From NCBI GenBank assembly GCA_963806225.1, contig CAWDXG010000004.1:5440001-5504000 (forward strand): a DNA stretch of 64,000 nt, read 5' to 3'. Position 1 is the first letter of the stretch; each line of letters starts with the position of its first letter. Shown one piece after another: positions 1 through 8,671 of this stretch. Position numbers and translations under genes: made by a program. This stretch comes from an uncultured delta proteobacterium (GTDB lineage: Bacteria; Myxococcota_A; Polyangia; Polyangiales; Polyangiaceae). Below the pieces are notes generated by a model. It ran no database searches. It was given only the letters and a program-made list of their open reading frames with translations, and was not told the DNA's origin.

Positions 1-510
1 AACGGCGACGCGCCCGCGCCTACAATCGAATCCTTCGCCGCCCGAGCTGCCGCCGGCGATGCGCCCCTGGTCGTAGGGGTTGTTGGTACGGCCGTAGACG
101 TAGTTGTTCGACTCCATCCACATGCACAGCTCGGACGTGTTCGTCACGCCGAGCGGAATGGCCCCGGCCTTGCGCAGCCGCGCGACGGCCGTCGCGTCGC
201 TGTTCGAGACGACATGCCGCCGTCGCACGAGGCCCGCGGCGTTCGGCATGCCGGTGAGCGCGAACGACTCCTTGATCGTACAGGGGACGCCGTGCAGCGC
301 TGGCAGCTCGCCGCCCCGCTGCACGAGCGCGTCGGCGGCGTCGGCTTCGGCGCGCGCTTCGGCGAAGCGATCGCGCACCACGGCGTTCAGCGCCGGATTC
401 ACCCGTTCGATCTGCTCGATGTGCGCCTCGACCGCGTCGCGCGAGGAGAGCGCGCCCTCTCGGATCAACCGCGCGATCTCGATGGCGGAGAGCAGGCGGG
501 TGTCGGGCAT
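1..510 (-). CDS. Amidase-signature family protein (5' part; runs off window start)
   Basis: Manual translation from ATG at 510: MPDTRLLSAIEIARLIREGALSSRDAVEAHIEQI...LHGVPCTIKES...GAIPLGVTNTSELCMWMES.N.VYGRTNNPYD..RIAGGSSGGE (amidase signature). One extra base near position 30 shifts the frame; removing it gives GGEGSIVGAGASP. Confidence 0.9.
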   Translation of the reverse strand, partial: MPDTRLLSAIEIARLIREGALSSRDAVEAHIEQIERVNPALNAVVRDRFAEARAEADAADALVQRGGELPALHGVPCTIKESFALTGMPNAAGLVRRRHVVSNSDATAVARLRKAGAIPLGVTNTSELCMWMESNNYVYGRTNNPYDQGRIAGGSSGGEGFDCRRGRVAV

Positions 511-632
511 GGCGGCAGAGGAACGTACCTGAACGGCGGCGGAGCGGCCAGCGACGGGGAAAAACGTCACCCCCGCGACGTGTGGGCGCACGGCTGTTCC
601 GGTGCGGGCAGCGGCCTGGTACCCTCGGCGGC

Positions 633-1136
633 ATGACCTGGCGGATCTTGATCGGCGCCCTGATGGGCCTGGCTCTGGTGGGATGCGGCGGTAGCAGCAA
701 CCCGCCGGCGCCCGCGGACTTTGCGGGCAACTACACCGTGGCCGTAACCAACGGCCAGAACGGCTGCGGCTTCACCAACTGGACAGTCGGTAGCTCGTCC
801 AACGGCACGCCGGTCACCATCACGCAGAACGCCACCAGCGCGAGCGCGGACGTGGGCGGCGCGTCCGGCATCTACTACGACTTGATTCTGGGCAGCCACG
901 TGTTCCAGGGCTCGGTGTCCGGAACGCAGATGTCGATGAGCATCCACGGGACGCGCACCGCCCACAAGGGCAACTGCGCCTACCAGGTCACTGCAGTCAT
1001 GGGCGGATCGCTCAGCGGCGATAGCATCTCCGGCACCATCAGCTACTCCACGACCACCAACGGCGGTACGGATTGCGGCACGCTGGCGAGTTGCGCCTCG
1101 ACACAGTCGTTCGCCGGCGCGCGCCCGCCGAAATAG
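633..1136 (+). CDS. Ser/Thr/Gly-rich lipoprotein, unknown function
   Basis: MTWRILIGALMGLALVG-C lipobox, beta-rich mature part with Cys residues, GC3-biased codons. Confidence 0.8.
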   Translation: MTWRILIGALMGLALVGCGGSSNPPAPADFAGNYTVAVTNGQNGCGFTNWTVGSSSNGTPVTITQNATSASADVGGASGIYYDLILGSHVFQGSVSGTQMSMSIHGTRTAHKGNCAYQVTAVMGGSLSGDSISGTISYSTTTNGGTDCGTLASCASTQSFAGARPPK

Positions 1137-1139
1137 CGG

Positions 1140-1157
1140 CGCGAGCCTGTGCTCGCG
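1140..1157. terminator. GC hairpin between convergent genes (possible bidirectional terminator)
   Basis: cgcgagc-ctgt-gctcgcg inverted repeat in the short gap between stops at 1136 (+) and 1163 (-); no U-tract. Confidence 0.3.
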
Positions 1158-1162
1158 GGGCG

Positions 1163-3040
1163 CTACTGCTCGAGCGGCACTTCCAGCCCGACGCTGCGCA
1201 TCAGCCGGAGCGCGTTGCCAGCGGTGACCGGCCCCGGGCGCAGCTTGAAGTCGAAGCTCATCTTGCCGTCCTGCACGTTCTCGCGGAAGTGGACGAGCGT
1301 CACGTGCTGCATCATCTCGTCCGGTAGCTTCGCCAGGCCCATATCGTGGGTCGACACGGCGCCCATCGCGCCCCGCGACAGGAGCTCGGCGATCACCCAG
1401 CGCGCTCCGATCTGCCGCTCGCGCGAGTTGGTGCCGTGCAGGATCTCGTCGAGCAGGAACAGCACCGGCGACCCGCCCGAGGTGGCATCGAGCACCGCCT
1501 TGAGCTTGCTGAGCTCCGCGTAGAAGTGGCTGACACCGCTGCCGAGCGAGTCGGCGATGCGGATGCTGGTACAGACCGAGAAGCGTGCCAGGCGCAGCCG
1601 CGCCGCGCAGACCGGCGCTCCAGCGAGCGCCATCACCGTCGAAAGCCCCATCGAGCGGAGCAGCGTGCTCTTGCCCGACATGTTCGAGCCGGTGACGAGC
1701 AGCGCGGTGCCCGGCGCCGGAAGGCTCACGTAGTTGACAACGCGCAGCGGGTCGTCGATCAGCGGATGGCCGAGCCCCTCCGCCTCGAAGACGGCACCGT
1801 CCTCGACAATCTCGGCGAACGCATACTCCGGCTCGTCGTGGGAAAGCCCGGCCAGCGACGAGAGCGCCTCCACCTCGCCGAGCGCGCGGAACCAGCCGCG
1901 CGCCGCCTTGCCCGCGCGCTTCTGCCACTTTTCCAGCGCCAGCACGCAGTGTACGTCCCACATGAACAGGGCGTTGGCGACCGGGTGGATCAGTCCGTTG
2001 TGCCTGAGGTCGAACCAGCCGACCTTGGTGCGGAACTCCTTCATCGACTGCGACGGCCGCCGCTCTCCGGCCATCAGCTGCTTCTGCATGGAGGTGATCA
2101 GATTGGACGGAACGTCAATCTGCTCGATGAGCTCCAGCATCGCGCCGTAGCGGAGGAAGGCGCCCTCGGTCGACGAGACTGCGTTGAAGACCTCGAGGGC
2201 GGGCATGCGCGTGCGGAAGTTCAGTGCCATCTGCACCAGCAGCGGCGCCGCCCACACGAATGCCGGCAGGCCGAAGACCCACGCGCCGACGATCCCGGCC
2301 AGGGTCAGCGGCGGCAGCAGCCAGGCGAGCCCCACCAGGAGCGGCTGCTCCGCCAGTTGCGGATTGGACTCCGCCCACGAGAGCAGCGGCTCCGGATCGG
2401 GGGGCGCGCGCAGCGGGCGGCCCTTCCTCGGCTTGTCCTCGTCCTCGCTGTTGGCGTAGCCCGGCGGGACGGAGGGCTCGACCACGGCCAGAGCCAGCGC
2501 TTCCAGGCGCTGGCGCATGTCGAGCTCCGGCGCGAGCGCACGGGCTGCTTCCTGGCGCAGGCGGATCTCGGCGGGCTCGGCCGGCCCCCGGAGGTAGCGC
2601 GCCAGCGCCTGTTGTCCGAAGCGCGTGTGCGCGACCGAGAGGCGCTGGAACAGCGACGCCGGGCCATACACGTCCAGATCCTCGGCATAGGCGTGCTTGG
2701 CGTCGCGGAACCGCCGGCCATCCTCCGGCAGCTTCCGCCACTCGCCGGTTGCCCGCGCGAGCGCGTCGCGATTCACCCGCTCCCAGCGCCGCGTGTCGTC
2801 CTCCGCCTCGATCACGCGCGCGTGCCACGCGACCAGCAGCAGGAAGGCGACCGCGCCCGCGGCTGCAATGCCGCCGGCGAGCGCGTGCCGGCTGCCGAAG
2901 GCCGCGAACAGACCCGCGACGGCCGCGACGCCGAAGGCCAGCCCGCGCAGGTTCGAGACCAGCCGCGAGCGAGCGGCGAGCGCGCCGGCTTCCTTGCTGA
3001 AGCGCGCGGCGCGTGAGGAGTATTTCTCCGCGACGCTCAC
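1163..3040 (-). CDS. Membrane-anchored MutS-like ATPase (MutS domain V, no mismatch-binding domain)
   Basis: N-terminal TM pair, second TM pair mid-protein, VTGSNMSGKSTLLR Walker A, SHFYAEL, LLDEILHGTNS, VSTHD. Probable GTG start at 3040, next to the cheB stop. Confidence 0.88.
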   Translation of the reverse strand: MSVAEKYSSRAARFSKEAGALAARSRLVSNLRGLAFGVAAVAGLFAAFGSRHALAGGIAAAGAVAFLLLVAWHARVIEAEDDTRRWERVNRDALARATGEWRKLPEDGRRFRDAKHAYAEDLDVYGPASLFQRLSVAHTRFGQQALARYLRGPAEPAEIRLRQEAARALAPELDMRQRLEALALAVVEPSVPPGYANSEDEDKPRKGRPLRAPPDPEPLLSWAESNPQLAEQPLLVGLAWLLPPLTLAGIVGAWVFGLPAFVWAAPLLVQMALNFRTRMPALEVFNAVSSTEGAFLRYGAMLELIEQIDVPSNLITSMQKQLMAGERRPSQSMKEFRTKVGWFDLRHNGLIHPVANALFMWDVHCVLALEKWQKRAGKAARGWFRALGEVEALSSLAGLSHDEPEYAFAEIVEDGAVFEAEGLGHPLIDDPLRVVNYVSLPAPGTALLVTGSNMSGKSTLLRSMGLSTVMALAGAPVCAARLRLARFSVCTSIRIADSLGSGVSHFYAELSKLKAVLDATSGGSPVLFLLDEILHGTNSRERQIGARWVIAELLSRGAMGAVSTHDMGLAKLPDEMMQHVTLVHFRENVQDGKMSFDFKLRPGPVTAGNALRLMRSVGLEVPLEQ

Positions 3041-3041
3041 G

Positions 3042-4109
3042 CTAGCTGACCAGCTTGCTGACCACGCTGCCGATGCGGTCCAGCGCAACGACCTCGTCGA
3101 CCACGCCCATCTCGACGGCGGCGCGCGGCATGCCGTATACGGTGCACGTGCCGCGGTCCTGGGCGAGCGTACGGCCGCCCGCGGCCTTGACCGCGGCCAG
3201 GCCCGTGGCGCCGTCGCGGCCCATGCCCGTCAGCACCACACCGACCGTGCGCGCGCCGTAGGCCTGGGCTGCCGACTTGAGCGTCACGTCCGCAGCCGGG
3301 CGTACGCCGTGCTGCGGCGGCGCGTCGCTCAGCGCCAGGCGCCCGCTGCGCTCCACCAGCAGGTGCTTTCCGCCCGGCGCGACGAGAGCCAGGCCTGGCT
3401 CGAGCGCGTCGCCGGCCTGGGCCTCGCGCACCGGGTAGCCCACGCGCTCGGAAAGCTGATCGGCCAGCGCCGCCGTGAAACCGGCCGGCATGTGCTGCAC
3501 GACCAGGAGTGCGGCGTGCTCCGCCAGACGCAACGTGGGCAGCACGCGCACCAGCGCGCTCGGGCCGCCCGTGGAGCTGGCGACCACCACGACGCGCAGG
3601 CCGGGTGGCATGTGCCGGACGGCCGAGCGCGCCGCGCGCCGCGAGACTGGCGGCTCCGAGGCGGAGCGGGTGCTCGCCGGTCCGGCCGGCGGCGCGCTCA
3701 GAACCTTGGCGCCCGCCGCAGTGAGCAGCTTCTGGATCAGCTCGTCGCGCACGTCGGACATGTTCGCGCTGACCTCGCCGTCGGGCTTCTCCACGAAGTC
3801 GACGGCGCCGGCGGCCAGCGCGTCCACGGTCTCGGCCGCGCCGTCCCGCGTGTGCGCGCTCAGCATCACGATCGGAACTGGGCGCTCGGCGAGGATCCGC
3901 CGTGTCGCCTCGGCGCCGTTCAGCCCCGGCATGTTGAAGTCCATCGTAATGACGTCGGGGCGGAGCTCCGAGGCGAGCTTCACCGCCTCGAGGCCGTCTT
4001 TCGCCTGGCCGCACACCTCGAAGTGCCGGTCGGCGCTCAGGAGTCGCGCGACGGCTCCCCGCATGAAGGAGGAGTCGTCGACGACCAGGACCCGCAGCGG
4101 TGCGTTCAC
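3042..4109 (-). CDS. cheB: Chemotaxis response regulator protein-glutamate methylesterase
   Basis: N-terminal REC (VVDDS...DVITMDFNMP) plus methylesterase motifs ASSTGGP, VQHMP, LTGMGRDG, YGMP. Confidence 0.95.
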   Translation of the reverse strand: MNAPLRVLVVDDSSFMRGAVARLLSADRHFEVCGQAKDGLEAVKLASELRPDVITMDFNMPGLNGAEATRRILAERPVPIVMLSAHTRDGAAETVDALAAGAVDFVEKPDGEVSANMSDVRDELIQKLLTAAGAKVLSAPPAGPASTRSASEPPVSRRAARSAVRHMPPGLRVVVVASSTGGPSALVRVLPTLRLAEHAALLVVQHMPAGFTAALADQLSERVGYPVREAQAGDALEPGLALVAPGGKHLLVERSGRLALSDAPPQHGVRPAADVTLKSAAQAYGARTVGVVLTGMGRDGATGLAAVKAAGGRTLAQDRGTCTVYGMPRAAVEMGVVDEVVALDRIGSVVSKLVS

Positions 4110-4744
4110 CGGCTCACTTTACTGAACTTGACGACCAGCGTCGCCCCCACCAGCGGCGCATCCGGAACGCCCACGCTGCGGCGGTCGACCACGTCCGCAA
4201 TGCAGTGGGCGGCCTTGGAGCTCACTCCGTGGCGTTTCTTCACCGAAACGCCCTCCGCACGCCCGCGCGAGCCGCGCACCAGGAAACGCACGTCCACCTG
4301 GCCGTGGTCTCCGGAAAGGCCGCCGTTGTCCTTCACACATTCCTCGAAGCGCTGGTGCGCCGCGCGCAGCTTGCGCTCCGCCTTGGGCAGCGCGCCCTGG
4401 TCCACGATGACCGGCCCCACCTCCACCTTGATGTGCTGTTCGGTGGGCACGGGCGGCTGCGCGTCGGGCGCGCCGGCATCGGGCGGCTGCGGCGCGCTGG
4501 GCGCGCTCGACGGCGCGGACTTCGCCTCCGGCTTGCTGTGCGACAGGAGCTGGCTCGCCTCGTCCTTGGTGATGCAGCGCACCAGCATGCCGTGGCCGTT
4601 GGCGATGCGGCCCCAGGCGCAGGCGGGGTCGTAGGGATAGCGGGCCGCGTCGGCCGGGTTGTCGGCCCGGGCGCCGCCCGCCGCCACGACGCTCAGTGCC
4701 AGCGCCAGCGCAGCGCCGACGATCTTCTTTCTGTTCGAACGCAT
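4106..4744 (-). CDS. Secreted hypothetical protein with Pro/Ala linker and TonB-C-like C-terminal domain
   Basis: Signal peptide (AGGARA), Cys pairs, Pro-rich linker; overlaps cheB start by 4 bp. Confidence 0.7.
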   Translation of the reverse strand: MRSNRKKIVGAALALALSVVAAGGARADNPADAARYPYDPACAWGRIANGHGMLVRCITKDEASQLLSHSKPEAKSAPSSAPSAPQPPDAGAPDAQPPVPTEQHIKVEVGPVIVDQGALPKAERKLRAAHQRFEECVKDNGGLSGDHGQVDVRFLVRGSRGRAEGVSVKKRHGVSSKAAHCIADVVDRRSVGVPDAPLVGATLVVKFSKVSR

Positions 4745-4746
4745 GG

Positions 4747-6513
4747 CTAGCCGTTCGCCTCCTCATTGAAGCCCTTGAGCACGTACGCGCTCACGGGCTT
4801 GTCTATGCCCTTGAGCGCCAGGCCGGTCATCTCTTCCACGATCACGTAGTCCTTCACCCGTGGATACAGGTCCGCGCTCAATAGCACACCGCCGAGCGGC
4901 GCCTTCGACTCGTGGCGCTGGGCGCGGTTCACCACGTCGCCGATGCAGGTGTAGTCGCGCCGGACGAAGCGGGAGCCGATGTCGCCGCGCACGACGGTTC
5001 CGCAATTGAGCCCGATGCGCATCACCAGGGGCTTCTCGCGATGCTCGTTGAACTCGAGCAGCGCCTGCTGCATGCCCCAACCCGCGCGCACGGCCCTGAG
5101 CGCGTGCGGCTCCTCCAGATCCGGACGGTCCTCGAAGACGGCCATGATCGCGTCGCCGATGAACTTGTCGATGTCGCCGCCCTGATCGCGGATCACGATG
5201 CACAGGGCGTCGAAGGCCTCGTTCAGGATCGCCACCACCTCGGCGGGGGTCATCTTCGAGCTCATGCTGGTGAAGCCCGAGATGTCGCTGAAGAGCAGCG
5301 TCGCGTCCACCTCCTTGGCGCGGATGTCGCCCATCTGCCCGCTCGCGCTCATCTCCTCCGCCGCGCGCACCGCGCCCTCGGAAATGTAGAGGCGGGACGC
5401 CTCCTTGTAGCGGGCCAGCCGCTTCTCGGCGAGCACGCGCTCCACGATCGCGATGCACTTGTCCGTGCTGAACGGCTTGACGAGATAGCTTGTCAGTCCC
5501 GCGGCGCGCATCTGTGCCTGGTCGCGGCGGCTGTCGCGCGCGCTCAGCATGACGACCGGCACGTCGCGCGTGCCGAGGTCGCGGCGCAGCGCCAGCGTCA
5601 GCTCGAAGCCGTTCTTGCGTGGCATGTCGTAGTCCGTCAACACGATGTCCGGCGGCTCGGCGAGGGCCTTCTCCAGCCCGTCCTGCCCGTCCACCGCTGT
5701 CTCCACGCGGAAACCCTGGCGCCGGAGAGAATCGGCGACCAGGTGGCGGATCGCCGCGGAGTCATCCACCACCAGCACGCGCTCGCGTACGCTCACCATG
5801 CGCGACGCGAGCAGGTTGTGCAGCCGGCTCAGGAGCTCTTCGGCTACGACGGGCTTGATCAGATAGTCGTCCGCGCCGGCGTCGAAGCCCTTTTCCAGAT
5901 GCGCCGCCTCGCCCAGGCTGGAGCAGATCACGACCGGGATGTCGGCGGTGTGCTCGTCCTCCTTGAGCGAGCGGCACACGCCGTAGCCGTCGAGCCGCGG
6001 CATCTCAACGTCGGTCAGCACCAGATCCGGGCGGTCCTTGTCGAGCAGCTCCAGCGCCTCGGCGCCGTCCCAGGCCTCCACGACCTCGTAGCCCGCGCCG
6101 GTGAGGATGGGCACGGTGTGCTTGTGGATGAGATCGCTGTCGTCCGCGAGCAGCACGCGCAGCTTGCCGTGACCCGCCGTGTCGATGGTGCTGAGCAGCT
6201 CCTGCGCCTGGAAGGGCAGCTGCACCGCGCGGAAGAAGCCGGCCCGCCGCGCCTCGTCGCACGCCGCCACATCGAGGCCCAGATACACCGCTCGCTCCGG
6301 TGCCAGCCCCGCGCCGCGCGCCTTCGCCAGCGCCTCGATCGCCGTGCGGCCGTCCACCACCGGCGCGAACAGCACCACGTCCGGTTGCTTCGCGGCTTGC
6401 TCGAGCAGAGCATCCAGATCCGGCGCGACGCTCAGCTTGTGCCCCGCCGGCTCCAGCGCCCGCGCCACGAACTCGCCCAGCACGCCCGGCGGCGTGACCA
6501 ATCCCACCTGCAT
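4747..6513 (-). CDS. Multi-receiver class III adenylate/guanylate cyclase
   Basis: Degenerate N-terminal REC, two intact RECs (LADDS..LTDVEMP; VVDDS..LTDYDMP), cyclase motifs LFSDISGFT, DKFIGDAIM, YTCIGDVVNRAQR. Confidence 0.93.
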   Translation of the reverse strand: MQVGLVTPPGVLGEFVARALEPAGHKLSVAPDLDALLEQAAKQPDVVLFAPVVDGRTAIEALAKARGAGLAPERAVYLGLDVAACDEARRAGFFRAVQLPFQAQELLSTIDTAGHGKLRVLLADDSDLIHKHTVPILTGAGYEVVEAWDGAEALELLDKDRPDLVLTDVEMPRLDGYGVCRSLKEDEHTADIPVVICSSLGEAAHLEKGFDAGADDYLIKPVVAEELLSRLHNLLASRMVSVRERVLVVDDSAAIRHLVADSLRRQGFRVETAVDGQDGLEKALAEPPDIVLTDYDMPRKNGFELTLALRRDLGTRDVPVVMLSARDSRRDQAQMRAAGLTSYLVKPFSTDKCIAIVERVLAEKRLARYKEASRLYISEGAVRAAEEMSASGQMGDIRAKEVDATLLFSDISGFTSMSSKMTPAEVVAILNEAFDALCIVIRDQGGDIDKFIGDAIMAVFEDRPDLEEPHALRAVRAGWGMQQALLEFNEHREKPLVMRIGLNCGTVVRGDIGSRFVRRDYTCIGDVVNRAQRHESKAPLGGVLLSADLYPRVKDYVIVEEMTGLALKGIDKPVSAYVLKGFNEEANG

Positions 6514-6732
6514 GACCCGCCTATCCTAGTCGCGCCACGGTGCGGTGCATGGGCGATGGGCATGGGCGCGCGGCACGGCCGCGCGGCCGGACGAGCCGCG
6601 CCGGACGGGAGCTGCCGGGACGGGTGGGGTGGGCCTGCTGGGGTACCTGGTTGGGTGCCCCCCCACCAGCTCGGGAAAAGCCGAGCAGTTTCCGGCGGTC
6701 GGACGCCCCGCGGGCTGGTATACGCCCGGGCT

Positions 6733-7959
6733 GTGACCGACGCGCCTCTGCCCGCCGCTGCGGAAGCGGTGCTCAAGTTCCTCGAGAGCGTGGGGCGCCG
6801 CTCGGAGGCGGAGCTGTATCTGGGGCTGTTCCGCCGCTTGCCGAAGGAGAGCTTCGCGGTCATCGCGGCGGACGCGCCGGTGCTGCGGCAGGCGCTGGGC
6901 TCGCTGGTCGAGCAGCTCCGGTTCCTGTCCGAGCTGGGGCTCTACGCGCCGGTGGTACTGGGGCTGTTCGAGCCGGGCTCGGCGGCGACCGGGGCCGAGC
7001 GGCTGGCGCGGCGGTTGCCGACGGTGGGGCTCGAGCCGGTGGTGCACGACGCGGGCGAAGCGGATCTGGTCGAGCAGCTCAGGCGCGAGTTGCAGAGCGA
7101 GAAGCTACCCCTGGTGCGCTTCCAGCCCGGCGACTGCGACCGCGTCGCAGGGCGCTTCGCGCGTATGGGCGAGCTGTGCCTCGAGCTCGATAGCCGCAAG
7201 CTGGTGTTCCTGCGTCGGCGCGGCGGGCTCGGGCCGCACGGCGAGCGGCGTATCGAGCTGCCCGGCGCGCATGCGCTGGGCGCGCATGGCGGCGGCATTT
7301 CGGTCATCAACCTGCGCACCGACGCCGAGCCGCTGCTCGCATCGAAGCTGCTCGGCCAGCGCGACGCCGCGCTGCTCGGGCGCCTGCGCGATCTGCTGCT
7401 CGCGCCGGACGCGGCGAGCGTGCTGGTGAGCGTGACCTCGCCGCTGAACCTGCTGCGCGAACTGTTCACGGTACGCGGCGCGGGCACGCTGGTGAAGCGC
7501 GGCAGCGCCGTGGATCGCTTTGGAAGCTACGCGGAGCTCGACGTGGCGCGGCTGCGCTCGCTGCTCGAGGCGAGCTTCGGGCGGCGCGCCCGCGAGGATT
7601 TCTTCGAGCGCGAGCCGCTCGCGATCTACGTGGAGCAGGGCTACCGGGCGGCGGCCATCCTCGAGCCGTCGCCGGTCGCGCCGTTCCTGACGAAGTTCGC
7701 CGTCGAGCCGCTGGCGCAGGGCGAGGGGATGGGCCGCGATCTGTGGCAGGCGATGGAGCGGGACTTCCCGCGCGTGTTCTGGCGGGCGCGCCCGGACAAT
7801 CCCATCGCCTCCTGGTACCTGAACGAGTGCGACGGCATGCTGCGGCTGTCGCGCTGGCAGGTCTTCTGGCGCGGGCTCGAGCCGGAGGAAATACCCCGCG
7901 CGGCAAGGGAAGCGCTGGAACGGCGGGAGGATTTCGAGGTATCCAGCTCCGAGCGGTAG
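6733..7959 (+). CDS. N-acetylglutamate synthase/kinase-like protein (AAK-like + DUF619-type NAT domain)
   Basis: ELFTVRGAGTLV linker; NAT motifs FLTKFAV...AQGEGMGRDLW, FWRARPDNP..SWY, DG, WQVFWRG. GTG start at 6733; the longer 4912 ORF is mostly the antisense shadow of the cyclase. Confidence 0.85.
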   Translation: MTDAPLPAAAEAVLKFLESVGRRSEAELYLGLFRRLPKESFAVIAADAPVLRQALGSLVEQLRFLSELGLYAPVVLGLFEPGSAATGAERLARRLPTVGLEPVVHDAGEADLVEQLRRELQSEKLPLVRFQPGDCDRVAGRFARMGELCLELDSRKLVFLRRRGGLGPHGERRIELPGAHALGAHGGGISVINLRTDAEPLLASKLLGQRDAALLGRLRDLLLAPDAASVLVSVTSPLNLLRELFTVRGAGTLVKRGSAVDRFGSYAELDVARLRSLLEASFGRRAREDFFEREPLAIYVEQGYRAAAILEPSPVAPFLTKFAVEPLAQGEGMGRDLWQAMERDFPRVFWRARPDNPIASWYLNECDGMLRLSRWQVFWRGLEPEEIPRAAREALERREDFEVSSSER

Positions 7960-7969
7960 TGGTGCATCG

Positions 7970-8320
7970 ATGCTCGCTGTCTATCTGTTCGTCTTCACCG
8001 TGGGGCTCATCGGGGTCGCGCTGTATCTCCTCTTGATGTTCCGCGAGGTGCCCGGCGCGGCCGAGGAGCGCTTCGGCAAGCTGGAGGATCTGCCGCAGGA
8101 CATCGGCAAATGGGTGGTCGACGAGGACTCGCCCGAAGCCGGGTCCGCGAAGAAGCAGGGCCTGCTGCGCGAGGTGCGCTACTTCCACGACACCGAGCAC
8201 AACAGGTTCAGCGGCGGCCGCCTGCTCAAGCAGGTCCGCTACCGCAACGCCGAAACGCGGAAGATCGAGCGTGTCGAGCCGGACGAGGTCTTCAAGCGCA
8301 AGCGCCGCAAGGTGGAGTGA
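7970..8320 (+). CDS. Small membrane-anchored hypothetical protein
   Basis: N-terminal TM helix, charged soluble domain, typical codon usage, 10 bp after upstream gene. Confidence 0.75.
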   Translation: MLAVYLFVFTVGLIGVALYLLLMFREVPGAAEERFGKLEDLPQDIGKWVVDEDSPEAGSAKKQGLLREVRYFHDTEHNRFSGGRLLKQVRYRNAETRKIERVEPDEVFKRKRRKVE

Positions 8321-8369
8321 CGCTCGCCGCCGGCACTCACTGAGCGCAGAAAACGCTCGCGCCCGCGCC

Positions 8370-8516
8370 CTAATAGATCGACCCGAGAAACGTGCAGGTT
8401 CGACCAGGGTGACGGACCACGCGGTACCAGCACGAGAGGTACGTCTTCAGTCCGAACTGCCGGACGATCAGTACGGCATGCCTGAGCAGGTGTCGCGTTG
8501 TGATAACGCCCGTCAT
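8370..8516 (-). CDS. 48-aa small protein
   Basis: MTGVITTRHLLRHAVLIVRQFGLKTYLSCWYRVVRHPGRTCTFLGSIY; fills an otherwise empty gap, preceded by a sigma54-like element. Confidence 0.55.
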   Translation of the reverse strand: MTGVITTRHLLRHAVLIVRQFGLKTYLSCWYRVVRHPGRTCTFLGSIY

Positions 8517-8531
8517 CCTGGTGCCTTGTCG

Positions 8532-8547
8532 TGCAGCAACCATTCCA
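8532..8547 (-). promoter_or_regulatory. Putative sigma54 -24/-12 promoter
   Basis: TGGAATGGTTGCTGCA on the minus strand (GG-N10-GC), just upstream of ATG at 8516. Confidence 0.4.
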
Positions 8548-8671
8548 TGCGAATTCGCTGCTGTGGCAGGCACTTGCGGAGCCTCTGGCGGGCGCGCCTT
8601 ACAGATGTGCAAGTCGGGCTTCCGGCCGTGCATCCCGCGACGCGGTGCGGCGCGCACGCTGTCAGGCCCTG

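Noticed and set aside
4912..6732. Long N-terminal extension of the NAGS-like ORF (1015 aa)
   Set aside because: Antisense shadow of the cyclase gene; recognisable protein begins at GTG 6733.
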